Source: Coleofasciculus chthonoplastes F2-STO-03 (GTDB taxonomy: Bacteria; Cyanobacteriota; Cyanobacteriia; Cyanobacteriales; Coleofasciculaceae). From it: DNA of 64,000 bases. A program made the position numbers and the translations under genes. Location of the stretch: assembly GCA_040222015.1 (NCBI GenBank), contig JAVJWO010000179.1:1-64000 (forward strand), given 5' to 3'. Numbering within the stretch: position 1 is the stretch's first letter; the number at the start of each line of letters is the position of its first letter. Below are positions 19,755 through 29,632 of the stretch, in pieces. The notes beneath the pieces are model-generated. The model saw only the letters and a list, made by a program, of their open reading frames with translations, made no database searches and had not been told where the DNA came from.

Positions 19755-22463
19755 TTACATCGTCGGTACGGCAGGTTGGGTATCGGATTTGATATTGGTA
19801 TCACCGATCGCACCATTGCCGTTGACGGTTTCGACATCAGGAACCTCACCCAAGTCGCCGTGATAGGCTTTGGTAAGGATTTCCTTAAGATCTGCAATCA
19901 AGGGATAGCGGGGATTCGCGCCAGTACATTGATCATCGAATGCCTGATCCGCAACTTCATCCAGCTTGGCGAAGAATTCCGCTTCACTTTCCTTGATCAC
20001 ATCCTTCAGCGCCGCCGGAATCCCCACCTGACGCTTGAGTTCCTCAATTGCCCCAATCAGGTGATTGATTTTCTCGTCTTCGCTATCGCCGCCCAAGTGC
20101 AGGTAATCAGCAATCCGAGAATAGCGCCATTTGGCATTAGGATACTTGTACTGGGAGAATGTCGCCTGCTTAAAGGGCGCATCCGTGGCGTTATAGCGAA
20201 TAACATGGGAAATTAACATGGCATTCGCTAACCCGTGGGGGACATGGAAAATAGCCCCTAATTGGTGTGCCATAGAATGACAGATGCCCAGGAAACTATT
20301 GGCAAACGCCATCCCTGCCATCGTGGCGGCATAGTGCATTTTCTCCCGCGCCTTGGGATCATTTGCCCCATTTTTGTATGCCGAAGGCAAGTATTTAAAG
20401 ATTAGGCGAATTGCCTCTAGTGCCAACCCATTGGTATATTCACTAGCTAACACCGAAACATAAGCTTCTAAAGCGTGAGTCAAGGCATCGACACCCCCGA
20501 ATGCGGTGAGACTCTTGGGCATATTTAGGACTAATTCGGGGTCTACGATCGCCATATTTGGCGTCAAGGCATAGTCCGCCAAGGGATACTTAATATCATT
20601 GCGGCGATCGGTTACTACCGCAAACGGGGTAACTTCTGAACCCGTTCCCGATGTCGTGGGAATGGCTACCATCATCGCTTTCTCACCCAAGGGGGGCAGT
20701 TCATACACCCGTTTGCGGATATCCATGAACCGCATCGCTAACCCCTCAAATTCAATCTCTGGATGCTCATACATCAGCCACATAATTTTGGCAGCATCCA
20801 TGGGCGAACCCCCACCCAAGGCGATAATCACATCGGGCTTGAAGGTGTTCATCAACGTCAATCCCCGTTGTACGGTTTCTAAGGAGGGGTCTGGCTCTAC
20901 GTCATAGAAGATATCGTATTTGATCCCAATTTCAGCCAAAACCTCTTCGACGCTAGCCGTCATCCCCAGATCGTAAATGGGTTTGTCGGTGACGATAAAT
21001 GCCCGTTCTTTCCCCGCTAACTCCCGCAGGGCGATGGGCAGGGACCCATACTTAAAGTACACCTTGGGCGGTATCCGGAACCAGAGCATATTTTCCCGCC
21101 GTTCCGCGATCGTTTTTATGTTCAGCAGGTGTTCGGGTCCCACATTTTCACTGATGGAGTTCCCTCCCCAAGTACCACAACCCAGCGTCAACGAGGGATC
21201 AAGGCGGAAGTTATAGATATCCCCGATCGCACCTTGGGAGGAGGGGGTGTTAATTAAGACGCGAGACGCCTGAACTTGGTCTTCAAACCGTTTAATATGG
21301 TCAGCATTGGCTGGATTGGTGTACAGCACCGCCGTATGTCCACGTCCGCCAAATTCAACCAATTGTCCGGCTTTGTCTACCGCATCCTCAAAATCTTTAG
21401 CCCGATACATTGCCAGAACGGGGGAGAGTTTCTCGAAGGAAAAGGGTTCATCAGTGCCAATCTTTTCCACTTCGCCAATAATCACCCGGGTTTGTTCCGG
21501 TAAGGCAAATCCAGCTAATTCGGCTAACTTCTCAACAGGTTGACCGACAATTTCGGCATTTAAGCGCCCATTGACAATAATTTTACTCCCCATTTTTTCC
21601 CGTTCTTCTGGCGTCAAGAAGTAAGCGCCGCGATTAATAAATTCTTGGCGAACTTCCTCGTAAACATTATCCAAGACAATCACCGACTGCTCACTGGCGC
21701 AGATCATGCCATTGTCAAAGGTTTTACTCAGAATAATCGAAGACACCGCCATTTTAATGTGAGCGCTGGAATCAATCACCGCTGGCGTGTTTCCTGCACC
21801 AACACCGAGAGAGGGATGTCCCGAAGAATAGGCGGCTTTCACCATTCCCGGACCCCCTGTCGCCAGGATCAGCTTCACATCGGGGTGCTGCATCAAAGCT
21901 TGGGAAAGAGGCACCGTTGGTTCATCAATCCAGCCGATAATATTCTCAGGTGCGCCAGCCGCTACCGCCGCGTCTAAGACGACTTTTGCCGCTTCCAGGG
22001 TGCATTGTTTGGCACGGGGATGAGGGGAGAAAATAATCCCATTTCGGGTTTTCAGAGCAATTAATGCCTTAAAAATCGCCGTTGAGGTGGGGTTGGTGGT
22101 GGGTACTATCCCCGCTAAAATACCAACGGGTTCAGCAATTTTCTGGAAACCGAACGATTTGTCCTCTTCGACAACACCACAAGTTTTATCATGTTTGTAC
22201 TTGTTGTAGATCATTTCCGAGGCAAAGTGGTTTTTAATCACCTTATCCTCAACCACTCCCATGGCAGTTTCACTGACCGCTAATTTTGCCAAAGGAATCC
22301 GGGCTGCATTAGCCGCGAGTGCCGCTTTTTTGAAGATGGCATCGACCTGCTCTTGCGTGTAGCCAGCGTATTGGGTTTGAGCGTTTTTAACCCGTTGAAT
22401 TAATTCTTCGAGTTCCTGATGGTTTGTGACTTTGATCATGTTAGTTGCAGTAAGTCTCGTCAT
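19755..22463 (-). CDS. adhE: Bifunctional acetaldehyde-CoA/alcohol dehydrogenase
   Basis: ALDH part (TNPTST, ATGG, MICASEQ), linker GCGTWGGN, Fe-ADH part (GGGSPMDAAK, PTTSGTGSE, HSMAH, HGLAN). Confidence 0.97.
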   Translation of the reverse strand: MTRLTATNMIKVTNHQELEELIQRVKNAQTQYAGYTQEQVDAIFKKAALAANAARIPLAKLAVSETAMGVVEDKVIKNHFASEMIYNKYKHDKTCGVVEEDKSFGFQKIAEPVGILAGIVPTTNPTSTAIFKALIALKTRNGIIFSPHPRAKQCTLEAAKVVLDAAVAAGAPENIIGWIDEPTVPLSQALMQHPDVKLILATGGPGMVKAAYSSGHPSLGVGAGNTPAVIDSSAHIKMAVSSIILSKTFDNGMICASEQSVIVLDNVYEEVRQEFINRGAYFLTPEEREKMGSKIIVNGRLNAEIVGQPVEKLAELAGFALPEQTRVIIGEVEKIGTDEPFSFEKLSPVLAMYRAKDFEDAVDKAGQLVEFGGRGHTAVLYTNPANADHIKRFEDQVQASRVLINTPSSQGAIGDIYNFRLDPSLTLGCGTWGGNSISENVGPEHLLNIKTIAERRENMLWFRIPPKVYFKYGSLPIALRELAGKERAFIVTDKPIYDLGMTASVEEVLAEIGIKYDIFYDVEPDPSLETVQRGLTLMNTFKPDVIIALGGGSPMDAAKIMWLMYEHPEIEFEGLAMRFMDIRKRVYELPPLGEKAMMVAIPTTSGTGSEVTPFAVVTDRRNDIKYPLADYALTPNMAIVDPELVLNMPKSLTAFGGVDALTHALEAYVSVLASEYTNGLALEAIRLIFKYLPSAYKNGANDPKAREKMHYAATMAGMAFANSFLGICHSMAHQLGAIFHVPHGLANAMLISHVIRYNATDAPFKQATFSQYKYPNAKWRYSRIADYLHLGGDSEDEKINHLIGAIEELKRQVGIPAALKDVIKESEAEFFAKLDEVADQAFDDQCTGANPRYPLIADLKEILTKAYHGDLGEVPDVETVNGNGAIGDTNIKSDTQPAVPTM

Positions 22464-22603
22464 GCGGATTGATTACGTTCCTCACACCCACTTTTAATTT
22501 TGTTCTGGTTATTTGCTCGCTCCTGTAGAAATCGGGCAGGTTTCCCCGCTAAAGCGACTGAGTTACTCCTTTAATTCTCACCGAGGATATATTACTATCT
22601 CCG

Positions 22604-22637
22604 GTTGTTTATAATTATAAGTTGTTTATAATTATAA
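22604..22637. repeat. Perfect 17-bp tandem repeat upstream of adhE
   Basis: GTTGTTTATAATTATAA x2, each with the palindrome TTATAATTATAA. Confidence 0.85.
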
Positions 22638-23268
22638 TTTGTGGTCTTAAGCGAAGTCCAAGGCATATTTTTCTGTCCTTTGTCCTAACCTATCGTCTGT
22701 TCTGATTACCGTTTCATCACTGGCAATAGTATCGACTCCCAGTATAAAGTGGGCGGGGAAAGCGAAAAATCTCCTCATGGGAATACTCACATCTGATCCC
22801 CCTAATTCCCTAGGATGATCAACCCGATTATCAACCAGCAGACAGTTCCTCCAAATGCAGTATAGATCAAGGATTCATGTCTAGGGTAGTCCTAGGAATC
22901 TAAGAAATACTTTTTCCTCCCATCACACCTACTATACTATCTCGAATGGGAGATTTGTAAACCAATAAATCCATTATTTTTTTAGGATTGCGCTAGACTT
23001 AAGCCTCCTGATTTTTAGACTTTCTTAATAAACAACGCTTGAGTTGTTCAAGTGCCAGACTAGCTTTTTCAACCTGCCAAAACTGTTAACCATGAACCAA
23101 GTATCCGACAAGACGACTGCATGTCCTTAATAGCACTTGCCGTATCGGTTTGTCGATAGGGGGAGAATTACCACTGAGGTGACGGGGTTCCTCTATCTCT
23201 AGACGTAAACGTTGCAAATTTAAAATAAACTTAACACAATGAAATTATTCTTTTAATATTGATAGGCG

Positions 23269-24399
23269 ATGACGACCACCGACGAACTAAAATCCCGACC
23301 CTTACCTCCCGGTCATTTCGGTTTACCGTTGATTGGGGAAACCATCCAATTTTTCCGTGATCCCGACTTTGCCAAGAAGCGTCATCAAAAGTACGGGTCG
23401 ATATTTAAGACAAAGTTATTTGGACGTCCGACGGTGATGATTAGCGGTGCAGACGCGAACCGCTTCGTCTTCACCCATGAGAACCAGTACTTTACCAGCA
23501 CCTGGCCCCCCAGCACAAAAATACTCTTGGGACCCACGTCTCTAGCGGTACAGGGAGGTTCAGACCATTTGAAACGACGCAAAATACTCTCCCAAGCCTT
23601 TCAACCTAGGGAATTAGCGGGATATTTGACCGCGATGGCAGAGATTGCCCAAGGTTATTTGCACAAATGGGAGCGTCTGGGTACATTTACATGGTATCCA
23701 GAACTGAGAAATCTCACCTTTGACATCGCCTGCAAGTTGCTGGTTGGCGTAGATTCCGCCTCAGAAACGCTGATGGGCAAATGGTTTGAAGAGTGGTGTC
23801 AGGGATTGTTTAGTATTGCCTTACCCTTACCGTGGACGAAATTTGGTCGTGCGTTGCATTGCCGCAAGCAACTACTGAACCAGATTGAGCAGATTATACG
23901 CCAACGCCAACAATCCAGCGACCCTGGTCAAGATGCATTGGGACTGCTGTTGCAAGCACGGGATGAACAGGGTAATCGTCTGAGTTTAGAGGAACTCAAA
24001 GACCAAATTTTATTGTTACTCTTTGCGGGTCATGAAACGTTAACATCGGCACTAGCGTCTACTTGTCTTCTATTAGCCCAGCATCCAGATAGTTTAGCCA
24101 CCGTCCGCGCTGAACAACAGCAACTGAATCGGCAAAGTCCATGGACGATGGAGGATTTAAAGCAGATGACCTATCTCGAACAAGTCCTCAAGGAAGTAAT
24201 GCGTCTGATTCCCCCGGTTGGCGGTGGGGTGCGCGAATGTTTAGGGCGAGAGTTTGCCAAATTGGAGATGAAATTGTTTACCGCATTGTTAGTGCGCGAT
24301 TATCAGTGGGAACTGCTTCCGGAACAGAATTTGGACATGGTTGCAGTACCGACACCCCATCCCCGCGATGGTTTGCGGGTTAAGTTTTCGCGGCGATAG
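23269..24399 (+). pseudogene. Cytochrome P450 (CYP120-like) with an in-frame internal deletion
   Basis: PPG, AGHET and EVMR motifs present, but PPVGGG joins directly to VRECLG; the beta/meander (PERF) region and the Phe of FxxGxRxCxG are missing; only 376 aa. Confidence 0.8.
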
Positions 24400-24499
24400 G
24401 GTGATAAGTAGTTTGTTGTCACATAGTTACGTAGGGTGGGTTAGGCGGGACTTAAATTCAGGCGATAATGACTAGTAAACTATCCGCCGTAACCCACCG

Positions 24500-24629
24500 A
24501 TAAGCTGTCATGTATTTAAATTGGGAATGAGTAGCGAGCAAGATGCTCAATGTAGCGAGCAAGATGCTCGCACTACATACAAGGATTTCGCCATTATTGA
24601 CATTAAGGTTTAAATGCCGAACCGCTTAT
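24500..24629. mobile_element. MITE family B (TIR ATAAGCTGT..GCATTTAAA) with GTAGCGAGCAAGATGCTCGCACTAC core
   Basis: Inverted ends; second copy at 60943-61045, solo end near 48982-49000. Confidence 0.75.
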
Positions 24630-25141
24630 CACTGATGAATCACCACTGGCGTTCCCACAGACGCCCAATTATATAACCACTCGGCGTGATCAACTGCCAC
24701 ATTCACACAACCATGACTCATACGAGTGCCAAAGTTATTGTGCCAATACGCCCCATGAATCGCATAGCCACCTTGGTAATACATGGTATACGGCACATTA
24801 GACACATCATAACCCGGACCCCGCATGCGATCGCGCCGCAGTTTGGTTTGAATGTTAAAGACACCGGTACGGGTAGGTGTAGCCTGTTTCCCGGTGGAGA
24901 CAATCACCGCATAAACTTGATTTCCGCCTTCCCAAGCAATTAACCGTTGATTGCTTAGATTAATTTCAATCCAGCGCTGGTTCGTATTTTGCAGCGCCAC
25001 CATTTTGTTGGCAATCTGTTCAGTGTGGGGTGTGGGATGGGCGATGGGTGTCTCAAACCCAAACGCGGTTATGGCTAAGGCGACGCCCGCTAGGAGGGTT
25101 CCAAAACGGCGCACCCAGTTGGTAAATCTGATGCTTTTCAT
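24629..25141 (-). CDS. L,D-transpeptidase (YkuD family)
   Basis: Signal peptide; [16 protein letters not shown]...SHGCVN. Confidence 0.92.
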   Translation of the reverse strand: MKSIRFTNWVRRFGTLLAGVALAITAFGFETPIAHPTPHTEQIANKMVALQNTNQRWIEINLSNQRLIAWEGGNQVYAVIVSTGKQATPTRTGVFNIQTKLRRDRMRGPGYDVSNVPYTMYYQGGYAIHGAYWHNNFGTRMSHGCVNVAVDHAEWLYNWASVGTPVVIHQ

Positions 25142-25182
25142 GGAAAGTGGCGAGGTGACAGCATTATCCTCTTATTTCCATT

Positions 25183-25842
25183 TTAGGGATCACGGCTAAA
25201 TTGGGATCGAAGGTTTTTCGCCCGTTGGGTAATGGCTTGCCAATCCCCAGAGGCGATGAGGGATTTCGGAAACAAATCTCCCGCCAAACCGACTGCGATC
25301 GCGCCGGCTGTGATAAAATCTTTAGCATTGGCGAGTGTTACGCCACCTGTAGGAATCAGGGGAATATGACCCAAAGGTCCTTGTAAGGCTTTGATATAGT
25401 TAACACCACCCACTGCCTGAATCGGAAACACCTTAACGCAACTTGCCCCCGCATCCCAAGCCGTTACAATTTCACTGGGAGAAAGTGCGCCAGGAATGAT
25501 GGGGACTCCCGCTTGAGTTGCCGTATTAATCAGAGTGGTATTGGTATGAGGGGTAAACAGAAACTCAGCCCCCGCCTCAATTGCTTGGTGTACTTGTTCC
25601 AAGTTTAGTAATGTTCCTGTACCAATCGTACAGTCTGGTAACGCTTGGCGCAGGTGACGAATTAAATCAGCAGCAGCATCTGTATTCCAGGTAATCTCAA
25701 TTAACTTTATCCCCCCCCCTGCTACCGCCTGCGCCATTTGACGTCCTAACGATTGGTCTAACGATTGGTCAGACGTCCGAATCACGGCAATAATACGATA
25801 CTCTTGCAGAAGAGTCAACCAAGATTGATTTGATATACTCAC
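25183..25842 (-). CDS. eda: KDPG/KHG aldolase
   Basis: IAVIR, IEIT, GTGT, VKVFP, PTGGV. Confidence 0.9.
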   Translation of the reverse strand: MSISNQSWLTLLQEYRIIAVIRTSDQSLDQSLGRQMAQAVAGGGIKLIEITWNTDAAADLIRHLRQALPDCTIGTGTLLNLEQVHQAIEAGAEFLFTPHTNTTLINTATQAGVPIIPGALSPSEIVTAWDAGASCVKVFPIQAVGGVNYIKALQGPLGHIPLIPTGGVTLANAKDFITAGAIAVGLAGDLFPKSLIASGDWQAITQRAKNLRSQFSRDP

Positions 25843-26244
25843 AACGTTATAGTTTGTAAAAGTATAGTCAAATATAGATAGATAGACTGAATTTCATTTC
25901 AGAAATTCCCTTCGCTTTTAAGTCTTATCCGTTTCCTCTGTATATATTAGCCAACATGACGATATCTGACTATATTCTTATTGAAACTTTACAATACTTA
26001 CTGATGTTATTTAGGATCGATGCTAGTTTTTGGTAGGCTTCCTTGGTCATGGTTGTGTTTCAACTGGCGAACAACCCTACATCAACACTTTATCGCCAGT
26101 GCCTTGACCAAGGACATAGAACAAATGACCATTTCGGGGAAATTGCGACTCAGGGGTTCGGTTCTACGACCCCGGAGAGATGACGAGAGCCAGTATCCTC
26201 ATAGATAGACAAGTAGAATTGGCTGTTCATGGGGATAGATAGCG

Positions 26245-27888
26245 GTGCAAAAGTGGTTATTACCAAACATCAGTGAAGTTTTAGCTCAGAGTAAACAGAC
26301 TGGAGGGAACAATCCGGTCGAATCTCAGGTTGAATCGACAACGGTTGTCATGAATAAGAGACAGCGCAGTGCGGCGAGTCAACGGATGAGAGATGAAAGG
26401 CGATCGCAGCGAGAATGGCAAAGTGCGATCGCGTCTCTGGAAAAGTTACTTTTACAAGTCCTTTGCCCAGAGGAAGAGGATCAAGGCGACACTTCAACCT
26501 CCCTAAACGGGTTAGTTTTAGCCGGTCCTGCACCTGTTTTAAGCCACTCTGAGCTGCTTTCTCATTTTCAAACGGGGGTGTTTACCACTGAAACTGTAAA
26601 CCCCTGGAGTTTTATGCCCTTTCAATTGCCTCCAGCTCAATCGGAAAAAGCTCAAGGTACGGTTAATACTACTTATGAACTCTGCTTATTTCCGGCTGAC
26701 TCATTGACTGAGGAGCAGTTTTGTTTAGTCTTTACCCGTGGCTTCAGTTTAGTCATGGCAGCGGGAGAAGACTCAAATGGTGTACCTGGGTTTCGCTTCT
26801 CCTTTGATCCAGAGGATGTGCAAAAAGCTTGGGTGTCTCTTTATCCTCGATTATTATTAGCCAATCCCCATCAACTGAGTTATTTAGATACATTAGTTAA
26901 GCAGTTTGCGCCTCAGACCCCCGATTATAAAATTGTTATGCAATTCGGGCGTCAGTTGCTGCAAAATATGCCGGAATATTCTGCCGAACCGAAGAATGAA
27001 ACGATAGCAGTAACACCGATTAATTCAGTTACTCAAGTCTCTACAGACCCGGCGTACAGTGAGACAATTGAAGACCGGGATTGGCACCCCTTAGCCAAGT
27101 CAGAAACCCGTGTTAATCATCGAGTGTCCCAACTCCGTGAATCCGCCCCGGATGTGGAACTTCTGCAAGCTTTAACTCATGAAGTTCGCACACCACTAAC
27201 GACGATTCGCACCCTAACTAAATTATTATTAAAACGTAAAGATTTAGCGCCAGAAGTGATTCGGCGTCTGGAAATCATAGATCATGAATGTACAGAACAG
27301 ATTAACCGCATGGAGTTAATTTTTAGAGCCGTTGAATTAGAAACAAAAGCGGTGAAAGAAGCCCCGGTTAATCTCACATCAATGTCATTGACTCAAATTT
27401 TCCAGACTAGTATTCCTCACTGGCAAAAGCAGGCACAGCGACGTAATGTCAGTTTGAATGTCGTATTGCCGCAAAATCTGCCCACGGTGGTGAGTAATCC
27501 TTCGATGTTAGATCAGGTGTTGACAGGTTTAGTGGAGAATTTTACCCGTACCTTACCCGCCGGTGGTCATATTCAGGTGCAGGTAACTCCCGCTGGAGAC
27601 CAGTTAAAGTTGCAATTTCAGTCCCAACCTAACCCAGACAATTCGGGTAATTTGGATAAATTTGGACAGTCAACCTGTCAAACGTTAAAGTCAATTGGTC
27701 AGTTATTAATGTTTCAGCCAGAAACAGGCAGTCTGAGTTTGAATCTAAACGTGACCAAGCATTTGTTCCAAGCCTTGGGCGGTAAACTAATTGTGCGTCA
27801 GCGACCCCAAGCCGGGGAAGTGATGACGATATTTTTGCCTTTGGAAGTTGGGAATAATTGCGGGAATCAAGAGGGAATATTGGTGTAG
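26245..27888 (+). CDS. hik34: Atypical histidine kinase, Hik34-like
   Basis: PDVELLQALTHEVRTPLT HisKA; degenerate ATPase (LLMFQPETGSLSLNL); N-terminal GPAPVL/EEQFC/FDPE motifs as recalled for Synechocystis Hik34. Confidence 0.8.
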   Translation: MQKWLLPNISEVLAQSKQTGGNNPVESQVESTTVVMNKRQRSAASQRMRDERRSQREWQSAIASLEKLLLQVLCPEEEDQGDTSTSLNGLVLAGPAPVLSHSELLSHFQTGVFTTETVNPWSFMPFQLPPAQSEKAQGTVNTTYELCLFPADSLTEEQFCLVFTRGFSLVMAAGEDSNGVPGFRFSFDPEDVQKAWVSLYPRLLLANPHQLSYLDTLVKQFAPQTPDYKIVMQFGRQLLQNMPEYSAEPKNETIAVTPINSVTQVSTDPAYSETIEDRDWHPLAKSETRVNHRVSQLRESAPDVELLQALTHEVRTPLTTIRTLTKLLLKRKDLAPEVIRRLEIIDHECTEQINRMELIFRAVELETKAVKEAPVNLTSMSLTQIFQTSIPHWQKQAQRRNVSLNVVLPQNLPTVVSNPSMLDQVLTGLVENFTRTLPAGGHIQVQVTPAGDQLKLQFQSQPNPDNSGNLDKFGQSTCQTLKSIGQLLMFQPETGSLSLNLNVTKHLFQALGGKLIVRQRPQAGEVMTIFLPLEVGNNCGNQEGILV

Positions 27889-28054
27889 CAGTCTCACCGC
27901 CAGGGGTTTAAACCCCTGGCTAAAAGCTAAATTCGTGAAAATTGGTTATAAAGATTTGTCATTTGTCCTTTTTCATACATTCGGTTAAGAGCGGGTTTAG
28001 TAATATCTGGGTGGCAAGAAACGATAATGGTAAAATCAGCCCTGACAACCTGTC

Positions 28055-29455
28055 TCATTTATGATCACCAACAACAGGCAATAATACTTTAAACGTTGAT
28101 CCTATTCCCACTTGACTGGTCACCGAAATCGAACCTCCACAACGCAATAATAATTGCTGCACAATGGTTAATCCCAAACCCGCTCCCATTTTTTCCCCAG
28201 GAAGAGGACGTCCTCGATAAAAACTATCAAAAATCTTAGGAATGTCACTCGCGGCAATTCCATTTCCCGTATCAGTAAATGCCAACTGAACATATTCCCC
28301 CTGAAGACTCCCTAGTACCCTCACTTGACCCCCGGCGGAAGTAAATTTGAGACTGTTGTTCAGTAAATTAATAGCAATTTGCCGTAACCAGGTTTCTAAA
28401 CAGGAAACCCTGGGCAGATCAGCCGGGATGGTATAACCGAGTTGAATCCCTTTTTCTTGAGCCAATGGCTGATAGGTACTCACCACACCAGGAATAATCT
28501 CTGCCAATTCTACTACCGACTTGACTCCCGCTTGGGGTTCATCGGCTTCAACCAGATCCAACAATCCCACAATTAATGAATTTTGGCGATCGCATTCACT
28601 GTTGAGAAGCTGTAGGTAACGTTGACGCTGGGCGAGTTTGAGTTGAGGCGATTCCAAGAGACTCAGCGCTGTTTTCATATTCGTTAATGGAGTTTTCAGT
28701 TCCTGCGCCACTCGCCGTAGGAGTTCGTCTTTATGGCTGAGGTGATGGGTTAATTGGGTAATGGCGCTATCCTGTCCAGGTTCAGCTGTTGTTACTGACG
28801 GGAGAATTTCCGCCGTTCGTTGTAATTGTTTGACCAACACCTGGGTGATTAACGTCTTCTCATCTGTCGCTTGAACCAAGGAAAATCGGTTGTCCCCTCC
28901 AGCAAGTAACTCATCGGGCGTACTATCCGCGATCGCAATACTTCCTCTGAGTCCCTGCAACACCCGATAGATCACTCGTCGTTCAAACGTACAAATAGCT
29001 AGCCATGACTGAGACTGATCAGGACTTTCCCCCTCAGGTAGCTGATATGCCACAATCAGACTGGTCAATTGCTCAGACAGAACTAATAGAAACGACTCGC
29101 GTTTAAGCTGGCTTCCGGCGGCTAGCTGAATGGGGAACAGTTGAGCATCCGAGTTAACGGCTGGGTTATCCTGAGTCGCGATCGCATCAGAGACTTCACC
29201 AAAACAGGTACACCAATAGAGGGTTTGCGGAATACCCCTCTGTTGTGGATATCGCAACAGTTCCTCCCGCCACCCGGCGACGGATGGGAACTTAACCCAG
29301 ATGGTGGCGGGGATTTTTTCTTCAATCAGTACATCAACCATGGCTCCAATCAAGGTTTTGAGTCCCACTGGACTGATTGAGAAAGACTGAGGTGTTGTCA
29401 AATTATCCAGCGCTAGCTGGTAAAGGGACAAATCCGGTGTCGGTGGTGGGTTCAT
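28055..29455 (-). CDS. DICT-domain sensor histidine kinase
   Basis: N-terminal DICT-like region; QELKTPLT, NLLNNSLKFT, DTGNG, GAGLGL. Start placed at MNPPP because the upstream extension is repeat-derived. Confidence 0.8.
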   Translation of the reverse strand: MNPPPTPDLSLYQLALDNLTTPQSFSISPVGLKTLIGAMVDVLIEEKIPATIWVKFPSVAGWREELLRYPQQRGIPQTLYWCTCFGEVSDAIATQDNPAVNSDAQLFPIQLAAGSQLKRESFLLVLSEQLTSLIVAYQLPEGESPDQSQSWLAICTFERRVIYRVLQGLRGSIAIADSTPDELLAGGDNRFSLVQATDEKTLITQVLVKQLQRTAEILPSVTTAEPGQDSAITQLTHHLSHKDELLRRVAQELKTPLTNMKTALSLLESPQLKLAQRQRYLQLLNSECDRQNSLIVGLLDLVEADEPQAGVKSVVELAEIIPGVVSTYQPLAQEKGIQLGYTIPADLPRVSCLETWLRQIAINLLNNSLKFTSAGGQVRVLGSLQGEYVQLAFTDTGNGIAASDIPKIFDSFYRGRPLPGEKMGAGLGLTIVQQLLLRCGGSISVTSQVGIGSTFKVLLPVVGDHK

Positions 29456-29568
29456 TAGGGAGCAGAGGTGCTGGGATGCGGGGGTGCAGGGGGAAGCAAT
29501 GTAGAGACGTAGCATGCTACGTCTGGGAGCTGGGGAAGTCGCGAGTTAACTCAAAACTCTACCTTACA

Positions 29569-29632
29569 CTGTTCCCTGTTCCCTGTTCCCTGTTCCCTGT
29601 TCCCTGTTCCCTGACCAATGACCAATGACGAA
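29569..29632. repeat. STRR-type heptamer tandem repeats
   Basis: (CTGTTCC)n followed by TGACCAA units. Confidence 0.85.

Noticed and set aside
19694..19897. N-terminal extension of HoxE in the ORF track
   Set aside because: Overlaps adhE and a palindromic repeat; a strong SD precedes ATG 19693.
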